Part shown: positions 40,970 through 49,591 of the stretch, in pieces
Layout: the number at the start of each line of letters is the position of its first letter
How positions within the stretch are numbered: position 1 is the first letter of the stretch
From: an uncultured Clostridium sp.
GTDB lineage: Bacteria > Bacillota_I > Bacilli_A > RF39 > UBA660
Length of the DNA: 64,000 nt
NCBI GenBank assembly: GCA_905193755.1
Contig: CAJJPX010000001.1
Span: 142,550-206,549, forward strand
Direction of reading: 5' to 3'
Notes under the pieces: generated by a model
The model's input: only the letters and a program-made list of their open reading frames with translations
Databases searched by the model: none
What the model was told of the DNA's origin: nothing
Position numbers and translations under genes: made by a program

Positions 40970-41326
40970 TTATTTACCTTCCCTTCTTTTTAAAGTTCTA
41001 CCAGCTATTTCATATAGTGAATATATAAGAGCTATAATAACTACAAAACTAATCAATATAGACCAAACTATACTCTTTATATTAATAACTAAAACAGAAC
41101 TAAAAGATATAATAAAAGAATTAATAAAAGTTACAACTCTAAGTACAGTTGTATAATCAGTCTTTTTCATATCTAAATTATATCTTGCAATAAAGATTTT
41201 CATCATATCATTCTTACTGAGTTTCTTATACTCTTTTTTATTCTTATTCAGGAATACAGAATAAACAATAAATACAAGTAAGAATATAAACAAAAAATCA
41301 TATAAACAACTTAAAAACTTATCCAT
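40970..41326 (-). CDS. small membrane protein (118 aa) between the T-box and leuS
   Basis: The ATG at 41326 follows GGAGGAAATT; the ORF track begins 4 codons earlier at a TTG. It has 3 predicted TM segments. Its stop lies 2 nt before the leuS ATG. Confidence 0.55.
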   Translation of the reverse strand: MDKFLSCLYDFLFIFLLVFIVYSVFLNKNKKEYKKLSKNDMMKIFIARYNLDMKKTDYTTVLRVVTFINSFIISFSSVLVINIKSIVWSILISFVVIIALIYSLYEIAGRTLKRREGK

Positions 41327-41340
41327 AATTTCCTCCAAAA

Positions 41341-41522
41341 TAAAAAGGTAATACCAAAGGACGAATAAATCGTGGTACCACCTTATTTTATACTCTTAAT
41401 CTTTATCGCAGAACTGCGTTATTTCTAAAAAAGTAAGTTCAGTATATATTATTATTAGTTCACACCTACCACTAACTCTCTTTAAACTTTTCTATACTTA
41501 CTACTCTTTTCGTCAATCGAAA
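41341..41522 (-). promoter_or_regulatory. T-box riboswitch leader, Leu specifier CUU
   Basis: Read on the minus strand. Stem I has AGUA, and a specifier loop GAA-CUU-A (codon at 41437-41435). An AGAGAG..GGUAGGUG distal motif and a stem III CGCAG/CUGCG follow. The T-box sequence is AAGGUGGUACCACG (41384-41371). The terminator AAGGUGGUACCA/UGGUAUUACCUU is followed by UUUUUAUUUU. Confidence 0.8.
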
Positions 41523-41531
41523 TATGTATGT

Positions 41532-41560
41532 ATTATACTACACCTCTGCTATATATTCAA
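41532..41560 (-). promoter_or_regulatory. sigma-A promoter of the T-box/leuS unit
   Basis: TTGAAT (41560-41555), a 17-nt spacer, then TATAAT (41537-41532). The -35 box and spacer lie inside the last codons of the GH31 gene, whose TAG stop abuts the -10 box. Confidence 0.6.
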
Positions 41561-43940
41561 GTAACTTTAAGAACATTTTTCTAAATACACTTGGAAGACT
41601 TCTCATTCTTCTAATAGCAAATCTCTTATCTTTAATACTTTTATCACTAAATAGTATCTTATCTACTTTTTCTTTTAATTCAGTAGTTATATTTAAATCA
41701 CTAATGATTCCTTCTATATCTTCATTAATAATTCTCTCAGCATTTATCTCTATATCTTTACCTTTACAATATACAAATATTTTACTCATAGTTGGTACTT
41801 CATCAAATTCTATAACGAAGTCATTATCATCTACATATCTTCTATATGGAACATTTACTTCGTCTTTAAATACTTGTACATTCTCTGTAAATTTAGTATT
41901 TCTAAATCTTATTTTATAGTTACGAGTTGTTGGTATAACACCTTCTACTCCTTCTACTGGTTGTATTGATACTGAGAAATCATTTTCTTTGTAGTAGTAA
42001 TTTATTTCTGTTGTGAAACTTTGTCCTTCTTTATACATTTGACTAGTTCCATCATCTTCATATAGTTTATATGTATTACTTCTACCAGGGAATATTTGTA
42101 TTTCTAAATTCTTTGGATTACTTGTATCATTTATATCATCAGGGTTAAGTCTTGCTAGTGGTATTATAGCACCAGTTTTAGCATACACCGGATAATCTTC
42201 ATCTTTATAGAATGTAACATACCTTTTACCACCAGGGAACTTTTTACCAGTTTTAAAGTCATACCATACTCCATTAGGTAAGAATATCTTATGTACAACT
42301 CTATTCATTACGTTATCACGAGGGTCTACTATAGGAGCAACAAATAACTCACTACCATAATAAAATTCATTTTTATATAATGGTTCATCATATGTTTCAG
42401 GATATTTATAATATAAAGGTTGTATTAATGGAGAACCAAAACTAGAATATTTCTTAGCTTCACTATATAAATATGGTATCAATCTATGTCTAATTCTTAA
42501 ATAATCATGAACTATTTTTAATGTTTTAGCATCCCATCTCCATGGCTCTCTTTTATAATATTTTCCAAATGTACTAGAAAGTCTTAAGATTGGACTATAT
42601 ACACCTAACTGTACATATCTTACATATAGTTCAGAGTCTTCAGTACCACCTTTAAATCCACCTATATCATGACTCCACCAACTAATACCTATATTAGCTG
42701 CAGTACTATTAAAGAATGGTAACATCTTCAAAGTCTTCCAACTTACATTAGTTTTACCAGAATATAGAATAGAATATCTATGAGGATTAACTCCAAAATT
42801 ACGACTCATAACAAGTGGTCTCTTAGCTTTATTAATAGCAAGAGTATTATATAAATAATAATTCATTACAAAACTTCTAAGAGTATTTTCTTTATTATAA
42901 TCATCTACCCATAAGAAATCTATGCCTTTATTCATCATCGGAGTAATAATACCCTTCATAAATGAATCTATTAATTTATTATCATAAACATTAAGTGGTA
43001 TATTCTTTCCACTGTCTCTTCCAAGTAAATTAGAAAATGTTTGATAATTCTCTTCTTCTACACTAATAATACCTTCAGTCTTTATATTAAGACCCATATG
43101 TACATGATTATTATGTAAGAAATCACTTAGTGCTACAGTACTTGGAAAACCAACTTTATTTAAGCTATAACTAAGAGTACTATATTTATTTCTAGTTCTT
43201 TCATATTCACCAAGTAACATTACTGATATTGGTAAATCATGTTTTTTAAAATTATATATTATTTTTTCTATTTGACTAGAATTATATGCTTCATTTTTAT
43301 TCCACCATACACCTAAAGCATATCTAGGAATTAGTGGTGGTAAACCAGTTAAGTTAAAATAATCACGAAGTCCTACTCCAAAGTCATTATTATATATAAA
43401 TAAGTATGTATCTATATTTTTATAGTTAGGAGCAATAATATTACCATATTGATTCAATATTGGTGTTCTAGAGTCATCAAATGTAGTAAATCCATCTAAT
43501 GAGAATAAACCTTTATCTAAAGTTACACCTCCACCCTTATAATCATCTAAACTATAAGCACTTCCTTTAAAGTTTCTTACTTCAGGATGATTAAAATACC
43601 AAATTTTTTCAGTACCAATAATACTTACCTTCAAATATTGATCAGGTAAAAACTTACTTCCAACATAAGGTTTTTCTTTAACATATTCTATAATAAACTT
43701 ACTACTTTTAATAACTAATATATTATTATCTTCTTCAACAGTTAACTTAGGCTTACCAAAACTTCTATTAGTAGCAAAAAAAGTAGGATAATCATTAAAT
43801 GCACCAGTTTCACTATATTCAAAACGTATTAATGCATCAGATAAAACACTAATTCTATATGTTTTACCCATAAATACATATGATGATGGAGTCTTACTCT
43901 TAGTCATATCTATATAAAATTGTGAACCAAAATCATACAT
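41538..43940 (-). CDS. glycoside hydrolase family 31 (alpha-glucosidase/alpha-xylosidase-like), cytoplasmic
   Basis: 800 aa with no signal peptide. GLPPLIPRYALGVWWN, GIDFLWVDD (nucleophile region) and WWSHDIGGF (acid/base region). Confidence 0.85.
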   Translation of the reverse strand: MYDFGSQFYIDMTKSKTPSSYVFMGKTYRISVLSDALIRFEYSETGAFNDYPTFFATNRSFGKPKLTVEEDNNILVIKSSKFIIEYVKEKPYVGSKFLPDQYLKVSIIGTEKIWYFNHPEVRNFKGSAYSLDDYKGGGVTLDKGLFSLDGFTTFDDSRTPILNQYGNIIAPNYKNIDTYLFIYNNDFGVGLRDYFNLTGLPPLIPRYALGVWWNKNEAYNSSQIEKIIYNFKKHDLPISVMLLGEYERTRNKYSTLSYSLNKVGFPSTVALSDFLHNNHVHMGLNIKTEGIISVEEENYQTFSNLLGRDSGKNIPLNVYDNKLIDSFMKGIITPMMNKGIDFLWVDDYNKENTLRSFVMNYYLYNTLAINKAKRPLVMSRNFGVNPHRYSILYSGKTNVSWKTLKMLPFFNSTAANIGISWWSHDIGGFKGGTEDSELYVRYVQLGVYSPILRLSSTFGKYYKREPWRWDAKTLKIVHDYLRIRHRLIPYLYSEAKKYSSFGSPLIQPLYYKYPETYDEPLYKNEFYYGSELFVAPIVDPRDNVMNRVVHKIFLPNGVWYDFKTGKKFPGGKRYVTFYKDEDYPVYAKTGAIIPLARLNPDDINDTSNPKNLEIQIFPGRSNTYKLYEDDGTSQMYKEGQSFTTEINYYYKENDFSVSIQPVEGVEGVIPTTRNYKIRFRNTKFTENVQVFKDEVNVPYRRYVDDNDFVIEFDEVPTMSKIFVYCKGKDIEINAERIINEDIEGIISDLNITTELKEKVDKILFSDKSIKDKRFAIRRMRSLPSVFRKMFLKLLEYIAEV

Positions 43941-43970
43941 AATTTTCCTCCTACTTTATTTTACTTATTA

Positions 43971-45731
43971 TTATTGTTTTAATTTAACCATCCAGTTATT
44001 ATATATTTCGCAGTTAGCACTTGTTGGTGGTGGATCAGCTTTTTCCATCTTCACAATCATTGGTATTTTAAATATTCTACCAAAGGCTACACAAGTACCA
44101 GCTTGTAATGTTTTTTGTTTTTCAACAACGTCTTCACTCATATTAGGTACTGATTTAGATATATATTCTAAGTCAGCCGGATGATTTATTTTAAATATTA
44201 AGAAGTTTGCACATTGACTTATAACATTTTCATTTAAATCTGTTGGTCTTTGAGTAATTAAGTCTAATAATAAACCATATTTACGACCTTCCTTAGCAAT
44301 TCTTTCAAATATGTTATATCCAAGAAGTGCTTTATCATCACCTTCTAAAACATAACGGTGAGCTTCTTCTAATATCATATGTATTGGGAATGTAGCTCTA
44401 GCTTGAAGAGCTCTTGTAAACTTCATGAACATACGTCCAAATATTTTAACAACACTACGAGCAAATCTATCATCAACATCTTCTAAATTGAAGTTAACAA
44501 TTTGACACTTTTTATTACCACTAATTTGAATCTTCTTAATATATTCATCAATTGTAGTAAATCCATCATCACTAAAGAATACTGAGTTTTGACGTGTAGC
44601 TAAATCATGAAGTCTAACTTTTAAACTCATCGCAGAATCATACATAGCTTCATTTAATAAATATCTCTCACTATATAATGTAAAGTTAAGAGCAACTTCT
44701 AAATCATGAAGTGAATAACTTACTCCTTCAGCATTATAATTCCATTTACGTGAATCATCTATAAATCCTTTAATATAGTCTGTAATAATTTTACGTTCAG
44801 CAAATCTACCTTCACTATCTATATCAAAGCAATTTCTAAACATACGAGTAAATCCAATACCAGGAACTTCAGTTTCAAGTGAAAGTTCTGCTGTATTAGT
44901 TTCTGTTAATATCTCAAATATTTGATCCCTAATCTTACTAGATGTTTGATTAGTATACATTATATTAATTATAGCTTTCGCAAGTATATGATTTTTATAA
45001 TCTTGAGCTTCTTTATCTTGACGAGCAAACATCTTAACATACACAAGAGCTGTTTCAACCATAGCTATTTGAGAGAAATTAGTCGCATCAAGTAAATTAA
45101 GTACATCATCAAGTTCAAGAAGACACACTGGTATTCTAAGTTTCTCATAGTCTTTCTTCATATTAGTAGTTATTACTTTAAATGCATAATATGGATTATT
45201 TTTACTTAAATCTTTGAATGCATTCATATATTCACCATAACTATCAAATATAAAGATATTCGCATTATATGGAATTATTTGACTATTAGGAAATATATTT
45301 TGAATAATTCTACATATACCATAAGTTTTACCACTACCAGTATTACCAAATATAGCTGTATGGTTAGAGAATAATTCATCAATACTTACATTTAGTGGGA
45401 ATTCATTATATAAAGGACTTACTCCAAGTCTTATACTTCTTCCTTCTTCTCCTGTAAGTATCTTTAATTCTTCTTGATTAATAATTCTAACGTTCGCATC
45501 AAGGCTAGGTTTTTTAATAAGACCACCAACAAAATCATTTTCAGTAAGTTCTCCTAAGAAACTAACTTTAATAGTATCTTGTTCTATAGAATCAACTTCT
45601 CCTAATATCTTTTTATCTGAGTCTTCAAATACAACATGTAAGTTAATTAAATCTTTTATACCAGCAATAGTCTCTTTGTTTACACCAACAATAGCACTAT
45701 TCTTAGTAATAGTAAGAACCTTTCCAAGCAT
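43971..45731 (-). CDS. HerA/FtsK-superfamily ATPase (DUF87-like)
   Basis: 586 aa. N-terminal beta-barrel-like segment (GKVLTITKNSAIVGV...VVFED..KKILGEVDSIE), Walker A GNTGSGKT, Walker B HMILEEAHRY, and downstream GRKYG..L.LITQRP. Confidence 0.8.
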   Translation of the reverse strand: MLGKVLTITKNSAIVGVNKETIAGIKDLINLHVVFEDSDKKILGEVDSIEQDTIKVSFLGELTENDFVGGLIKKPSLDANVRIINQEELKILTGEEGRSIRLGVSPLYNEFPLNVSIDELFSNHTAIFGNTGSGKTYGICRIIQNIFPNSQIIPYNANIFIFDSYGEYMNAFKDLSKNNPYYAFKVITTNMKKDYEKLRIPVCLLELDDVLNLLDATNFSQIAMVETALVYVKMFARQDKEAQDYKNHILAKAIINIMYTNQTSSKIRDQIFEILTETNTAELSLETEVPGIGFTRMFRNCFDIDSEGRFAERKIITDYIKGFIDDSRKWNYNAEGVSYSLHDLEVALNFTLYSERYLLNEAMYDSAMSLKVRLHDLATRQNSVFFSDDGFTTIDEYIKKIQISGNKKCQIVNFNLEDVDDRFARSVVKIFGRMFMKFTRALQARATFPIHMILEEAHRYVLEGDDKALLGYNIFERIAKEGRKYGLLLDLITQRPTDLNENVISQCANFLIFKINHPADLEYISKSVPNMSEDVVEKQKTLQAGTCVAFGRIFKIPMIVKMEKADPPPTSANCEIYNNWMVKLKQ

Positions 45732-45763
45732 ACCAAAAAACCTTCCTCTCTATTCTTAATATA

Positions 45764-45792
45764 ATTCTATCACAAATATTTTTCACACACAA
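45764..45792 (-). promoter_or_regulatory. probable promoter of the ATPase-GH31 operon
   Basis: TTGTGT (45792-45787), a 17-nt spacer ending in TGa, then TAGAAT (45769-45764). The SD GAGAGGAAGG lies downstream. Confidence 0.45.
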
Positions 45793-45797
45793 TATAA

Positions 45798-45819
45798 AAA
45801 AGTGCTTAATAACACTTTT
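45798..45819 (-). terminator. terminator after truA
   Basis: AAAAGUG-8 nt-CACUUUU followed by a U-rich tail on the minus strand. Confidence 0.55.
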
Positions 45820-45823
45820 TCTA

Positions 45824-46546
45824 TTAATATTCTATTTTATTTAAATAAAGTCCAACAGGACTAGCACATCTTCCTAAAGAAGTTCTATCCATCTTATTAA
45901 ATATATCTTCTATATCACAAATACTCTTTTTATTATCATTTATATCAAGTAATAAACCAACTATATTTCTAATCATATATCTAAGAAAACCACTTGATTC
46001 AAATCTAAGATATAACACTTTCTTAGATATTTTATAGTCTATAATAACATCTCTTTCATAATTACCATTATCTTTATCAGAAGTAAAACTTCTATAGTTA
46101 TGAATACCTTTAAATTGATTAATAAATATGTCTAAAAGTTCTTTATCTATACTTTTACAATACTGATAGACATATTCACTTTCTATAGGATTATATTCTC
46201 CCATATTTATTTTATAAATGTATTCTTTTCTTTTAACATCATGTCTTACATTAAATTCATCACTAACTTTTTTAATACTTTTAATATAGATATAATCACT
46301 TAATAATGAATTAACACTATGAAGTAATTTCTTTGCATTAATTTCTTCTTCCACTTCAAAAGTACAATATTGATTTAACGCATGAACTCCCTTATCTGTT
46401 CTTGAAGCACCTATAGTATTAATACTTCTATTAAATATTTTAGATAATACTTTTTCTAGTTCTCCTTCAACTGTTTCCTTATTCTTTTGAATTTGATATC
46501 CATAATATTTAGAACCATTATAACTTAAATTAATTAAATATTTCAT
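45824..46546 (-). CDS. truA: tRNA pseudouridine(38-40) synthase
   Basis: YNGSKYYGYQIQ and GASRTDKGVHA (catalytic Asp). Conserved position after ecfT. Confidence 0.93.
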   Translation of the reverse strand: MKYLINLSYNGSKYYGYQIQKNKETVEGELEKVLSKIFNRSINTIGASRTDKGVHALNQYCTFEVEEEINAKKLLHSVNSLLSDYIYIKSIKKVSDEFNVRHDVKRKEYIYKINMGEYNPIESEYVYQYCKSIDKELLDIFINQFKGIHNYRSFTSDKDNGNYERDVIIDYKISKKVLYLRFESSGFLRYMIRNIVGLLLDINDNKKSICDIEDIFNKMDRTSLGRCASPVGLYLNKIEY

Positions 46547-47307
46547 TGTATTGTTATTACTCCTTTTTGAACTAAATAAGCATATATAAGTACTAAATGA
46601 AATGCAGTATAAAATATATCATAAAATCCTACTCTATTAGTTCTATAATTAGTTCTATATCTCTTCATATTATAAAGTCTAAGTTCTGATGCAAAAGCCA
46701 TATCCCTACTTTTTCTTTTAGTAAGCGCTAGTATATTTCCATATATTGTTCCAACTGCATTCATTCTACCAAACATATTAGAATGAAAATAATCTATCCC
46801 TCTACTAGCTTCAGCTTTTAATGTTTTATATTCTACTGTTAACATAAGAGGTACATATCTTAACATTTTATTAACTTTAAATGCAAACTTAGTAATCGGT
46901 AAATATAAGAAGTTAAAAAATGATAAGAACTTTTCTATTCCATAAGCACTTTCACTAGGACTAGTAGTATAAGCCAAAATATTTAAATATTCTACTAAAG
47001 TTATAAGTTTAATTATATATGTAATAGTCTCTGTTATATTAAGTCTAAAATATGCACAAATAAATACTATTAAAATATAAATATATCTTAAAGACCAAAA
47101 TGTTCTAAAATAATATCTAAATGGTACAAAACTTAATAACTGCATACATAGTACTAAACCAAATAGAAATAAATTTATATATATTGAATCAGTAAGTAGC
47201 ATAATTACTATAGCTACTATAAAATTAAATAATTTAACTACTGGATTTAATCTATGTACTGATGAATCTACTGGATAAAAAGAACCAAATGAATTTCTAG
47301 AATACAT
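46543..47307 (-). CDS. ecfT: ECF transporter transmembrane (T) component
   Basis: N-terminal G.FYPVDSSVHRLNPVVKL and an A.A.SRGID coupling-helix motif. Synteny with ecfA/ecfA'/truA. Confidence 0.85.
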   Translation of the reverse strand: MYSRNSFGSFYPVDSSVHRLNPVVKLFNFIVAIVIMLLTDSIYINLFLFGLVLCMQLLSFVPFRYYFRTFWSLRYIYILIVFICAYFRLNITETITYIIKLITLVEYLNILAYTTSPSESAYGIEKFLSFFNFLYLPITKFAFKVNKMLRYVPLMLTVEYKTLKAEASRGIDYFHSNMFGRMNAVGTIYGNILALTKRKSRDMAFASELRLYNMKRYRTNYRTNRVGFYDIFYTAFHLVLIYAYLVQKGVITIQ

Positions 47308-48139
47308 CTCTATATACCCCCTTTATTAGGTCAAGTATATTGTCATAGTCATGTATGTATCTTCCTTTTTTCTTACATTCATCTATAAATGTAACTATCT
47401 TTGGTACTTCTACTCCTATTTGATTTAAAGCATCTATATCACGAAGTAATTCTTTACCACCAAATGCTACTAATTTAGTCATATGCATTAAATATACGTA
47501 ATCTGTTATTTGATAACAGAAGTTAGTATCTTTACTTAGTAATATTATAGTCTTTTTATATTTATTTTTTAAAAGTCTAAGTAATCTTATTAATTCTTTT
47601 TTATCATTTGAATTAAGTCCTGCTGTATATTCATCAAGTATTAATATATTTGGATTATACACAAGAGCACAAGCAAGAGCTACTTTCTTAGCATCTACAA
47701 GTGTTAATTCATGTGGATTCATATTTAAGTATGAGTCATCTAACCCTACTAGTTTTAAAGCATCACTAGCTCTTAAATCTATTTTTTCTAACTTATATTT
47801 GAAATATTTCATTCCAAATTCTATTTCACTTCTAACAGTTTTATTAAAGAACATATCATATGGATTTTTAAATACATATCCAGTTTGAAATCTAAGTTTA
47901 TTTATATTCTTTATCATTCTTCCATCATTAATAAATCTTCCTATTTTAACTCTACCACGAGTAGGCATTATTAAAGCATTTATTAAGTCACCTATAGCTG
48001 TCTTACCACTATTACTTTTACCAATAAATGAATATATACCAGGGTTCTTTATTTCAAACGTTACATCGCTTATAATAGTTTTCTCTAAAGGAGTATATGC
48101 ATCTATAACAAAACTTACATGATCAAATCTTATTTCCAT
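47297..48139 (-). CDS. ecfA2: ECF transporter ATPase EcfA' (EcfA2), divergent
   Basis: Walker A GKSNSGKT and Walker B ILILDE are intact. The signature reads LTLVDAKKV and the H-loop reads SKD. Called from synteny. Confidence 0.75.
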   Translation of the reverse strand: MEIRFDHVSFVIDAYTPLEKTIISDVTFEIKNPGIYSFIGKSNSGKTAIGDLINALIMPTRGRVKIGRFINDGRMIKNINKLRFQTGYVFKNPYDMFFNKTVRSEIEFGMKYFKYKLEKIDLRASDALKLVGLDDSYLNMNPHELTLVDAKKVALACALVYNPNILILDEYTAGLNSNDKKELIRLLRLLKNKYKKTIILLSKDTNFCYQITDYVYLMHMTKLVAFGGKELLRDIDALNQIGVEVPKIVTFIDECKKKGRYIHDYDNILDLIKGVYRDVF

Positions 48140-48897
48140 AATGCACCTACCAATTCTTTATCACTTAAATAGTATTTATTAATAAGACCATAATCCATTA
48201 AATATCTGTTTAACTCCACTATAAATGGAAGACCAAGTCCAAGTCTCTTAAGTATCTTTTCTTCATTTAAAACACTTAATGTCTTACCTTCACAAACTAC
48301 ATTTTTTTCATAAACTATTATTATCTTATCTCCATATAAAGTTTCTTCCATATCATTAGTAAAATTCATAACTATTCCACCATCTTTAACATATTCTTTT
48401 AATATATCAAAAATAAGTAATTTATCTTCATAGTCTAATTCACAAAGTATATTGTCTATTACTAATACTTTAGGTTTAACTATTAATGCAGATAATATTT
48501 TCATCTTTACTTTATCACTAGCACCTAAACTATTAGGATCTCTTATTAATAATTCTTTTAATTTATAATGTCTACTTTCAGTATCTATAAGTTCTCTTAT
48601 TTGATTCTTTTTCATAGCTAAACTTTCAAGTCCAAAAGCAATTTCATCTTCTACAGTTTCACCAACAAAAACATTTAAATGTTTATATAAAACAAAACTC
48701 ATTCTTCTTCTAATAATATCTAAAGTTTTAGGATTAAAACTAGCATCTCCCACTTCTATAGTTGCTTTCTTATTGCCATGTAAAAGAGTATGAATTATTA
48801 AATCATTATTATCTCCAATAATAGATACAAATTCACTAGGTTTTAATTCTATACTAATATCTTCACCAAACTTATATTTAAAGTATACATCTTCCAT
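48130..48897 (-). CDS. ecfA1: ECF transporter ATPase EcfA (EcfA1)-like, catalytic motifs degenerate
   Basis: It has the ABC fold pattern and the expected synteny. The Walker A position reads GDNNDLII, the signature LGASDKVKM, Walker B VLVIDN, and the H-loop TND. Confidence 0.65.
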   Translation of the reverse strand: MEDVYFKYKFGEDISIELKPSEFVSIIGDNNDLIIHTLLHGNKKATIEVGDASFNPKTLDIIRRRMSFVLYKHLNVFVGETVEDEIAFGLESLAMKKNQIRELIDTESRHYKLKELLIRDPNSLGASDKVKMKILSALIVKPKVLVIDNILCELDYEDKLLIFDILKEYVKDGGIVMNFTNDMEETLYGDKIIIVYEKNVVCEGKTLSVLNEEKILKRLGLGLPFIVELNRYLMDYGLINKYYLSDKELVGALWK

Positions 48898-48958
48898 AAT
48901 AAATACTCCTCATATGAATTATACTATATTTTTAAATATTAAAAAAGATTTTATAAAC

Positions 48959-49591
48959 TTAATTTTTATAAAATCTATTATAGTATAGAGCTATTAAAAT
49001 AGAACCAACTGAATTACCAAGTAACATTATAAGTATATAAAGTAATGATTTAAAACTTAATAAATTTGCTACACTTATATAATACATATTAGCTATACTA
49101 TGTTCAAAACCACTAAGTATAAAAACCATTACACACATAAATATGCAAGAATATTTACCTATCTCATTGTTTATTTTTTTATAGTTATTTACCGCTATAT
49201 ACATAAGTATTCCACATAATATAGATAAAATAAATATACTAAGTAAGTTATCATTAAGTTTTAAATTTACTAATTCTACTGCTTTATCACTAACACTTTT
49301 AAATCTTGTTAAAAGTACTAATCTTGCTACTAAGAATGTACCAATAAAATTACCAACTATTGTTATTAACAATTCATAAATATAATTAAATTTATTTATA
49401 AGTACATAACCAACTTTACCAGTGAATAAATTCATTCCATACATGCATATAACAAGAAGTCCTATTGAAAACAAGAAAGCTCCAAAAAAGTTATTATCAA
49501 CTCTTAAATATACTGTACCAGCAATACCTATCATAATACCAGCAAATATACTTTTAATTAAATAATCTATATAACTTTTATATTTTTTCAT
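48959..49591 (-). CDS. formate/nitrite transporter (FNT) family channel, short form
   Basis: 210 aa with 6 TM segments, GMNLFTGK and SGFEHSIANMYY. Confidence 0.85.
   Translation of the reverse strand: MKKYKSYIDYLIKSIFAGIMIGIAGTVYLRVDNNFFGAFLFSIGLLVICMYGMNLFTGKVGYVLINKFNYIYELLITIVGNFIGTFLVARLVLLTRFKSVSDKAVELVNLKLNDNLLSIFILSILCGILMYIAVNNYKKINNEIGKYSCIFMCVMVFILSGFEHSIANMYYISVANLLSFKSLLYILIMLLGNSVGSILIALYYNRFYKN

Noticed and set aside
41524-41919. 131-aa plus-strand ORF overlapping the 3' end of the GH31 gene and the T-box promoter.
   Set aside because: It is antisense to a well-supported GH31 frame. The product is a Leu/Ser/Ile low-complexity sequence with no SD.
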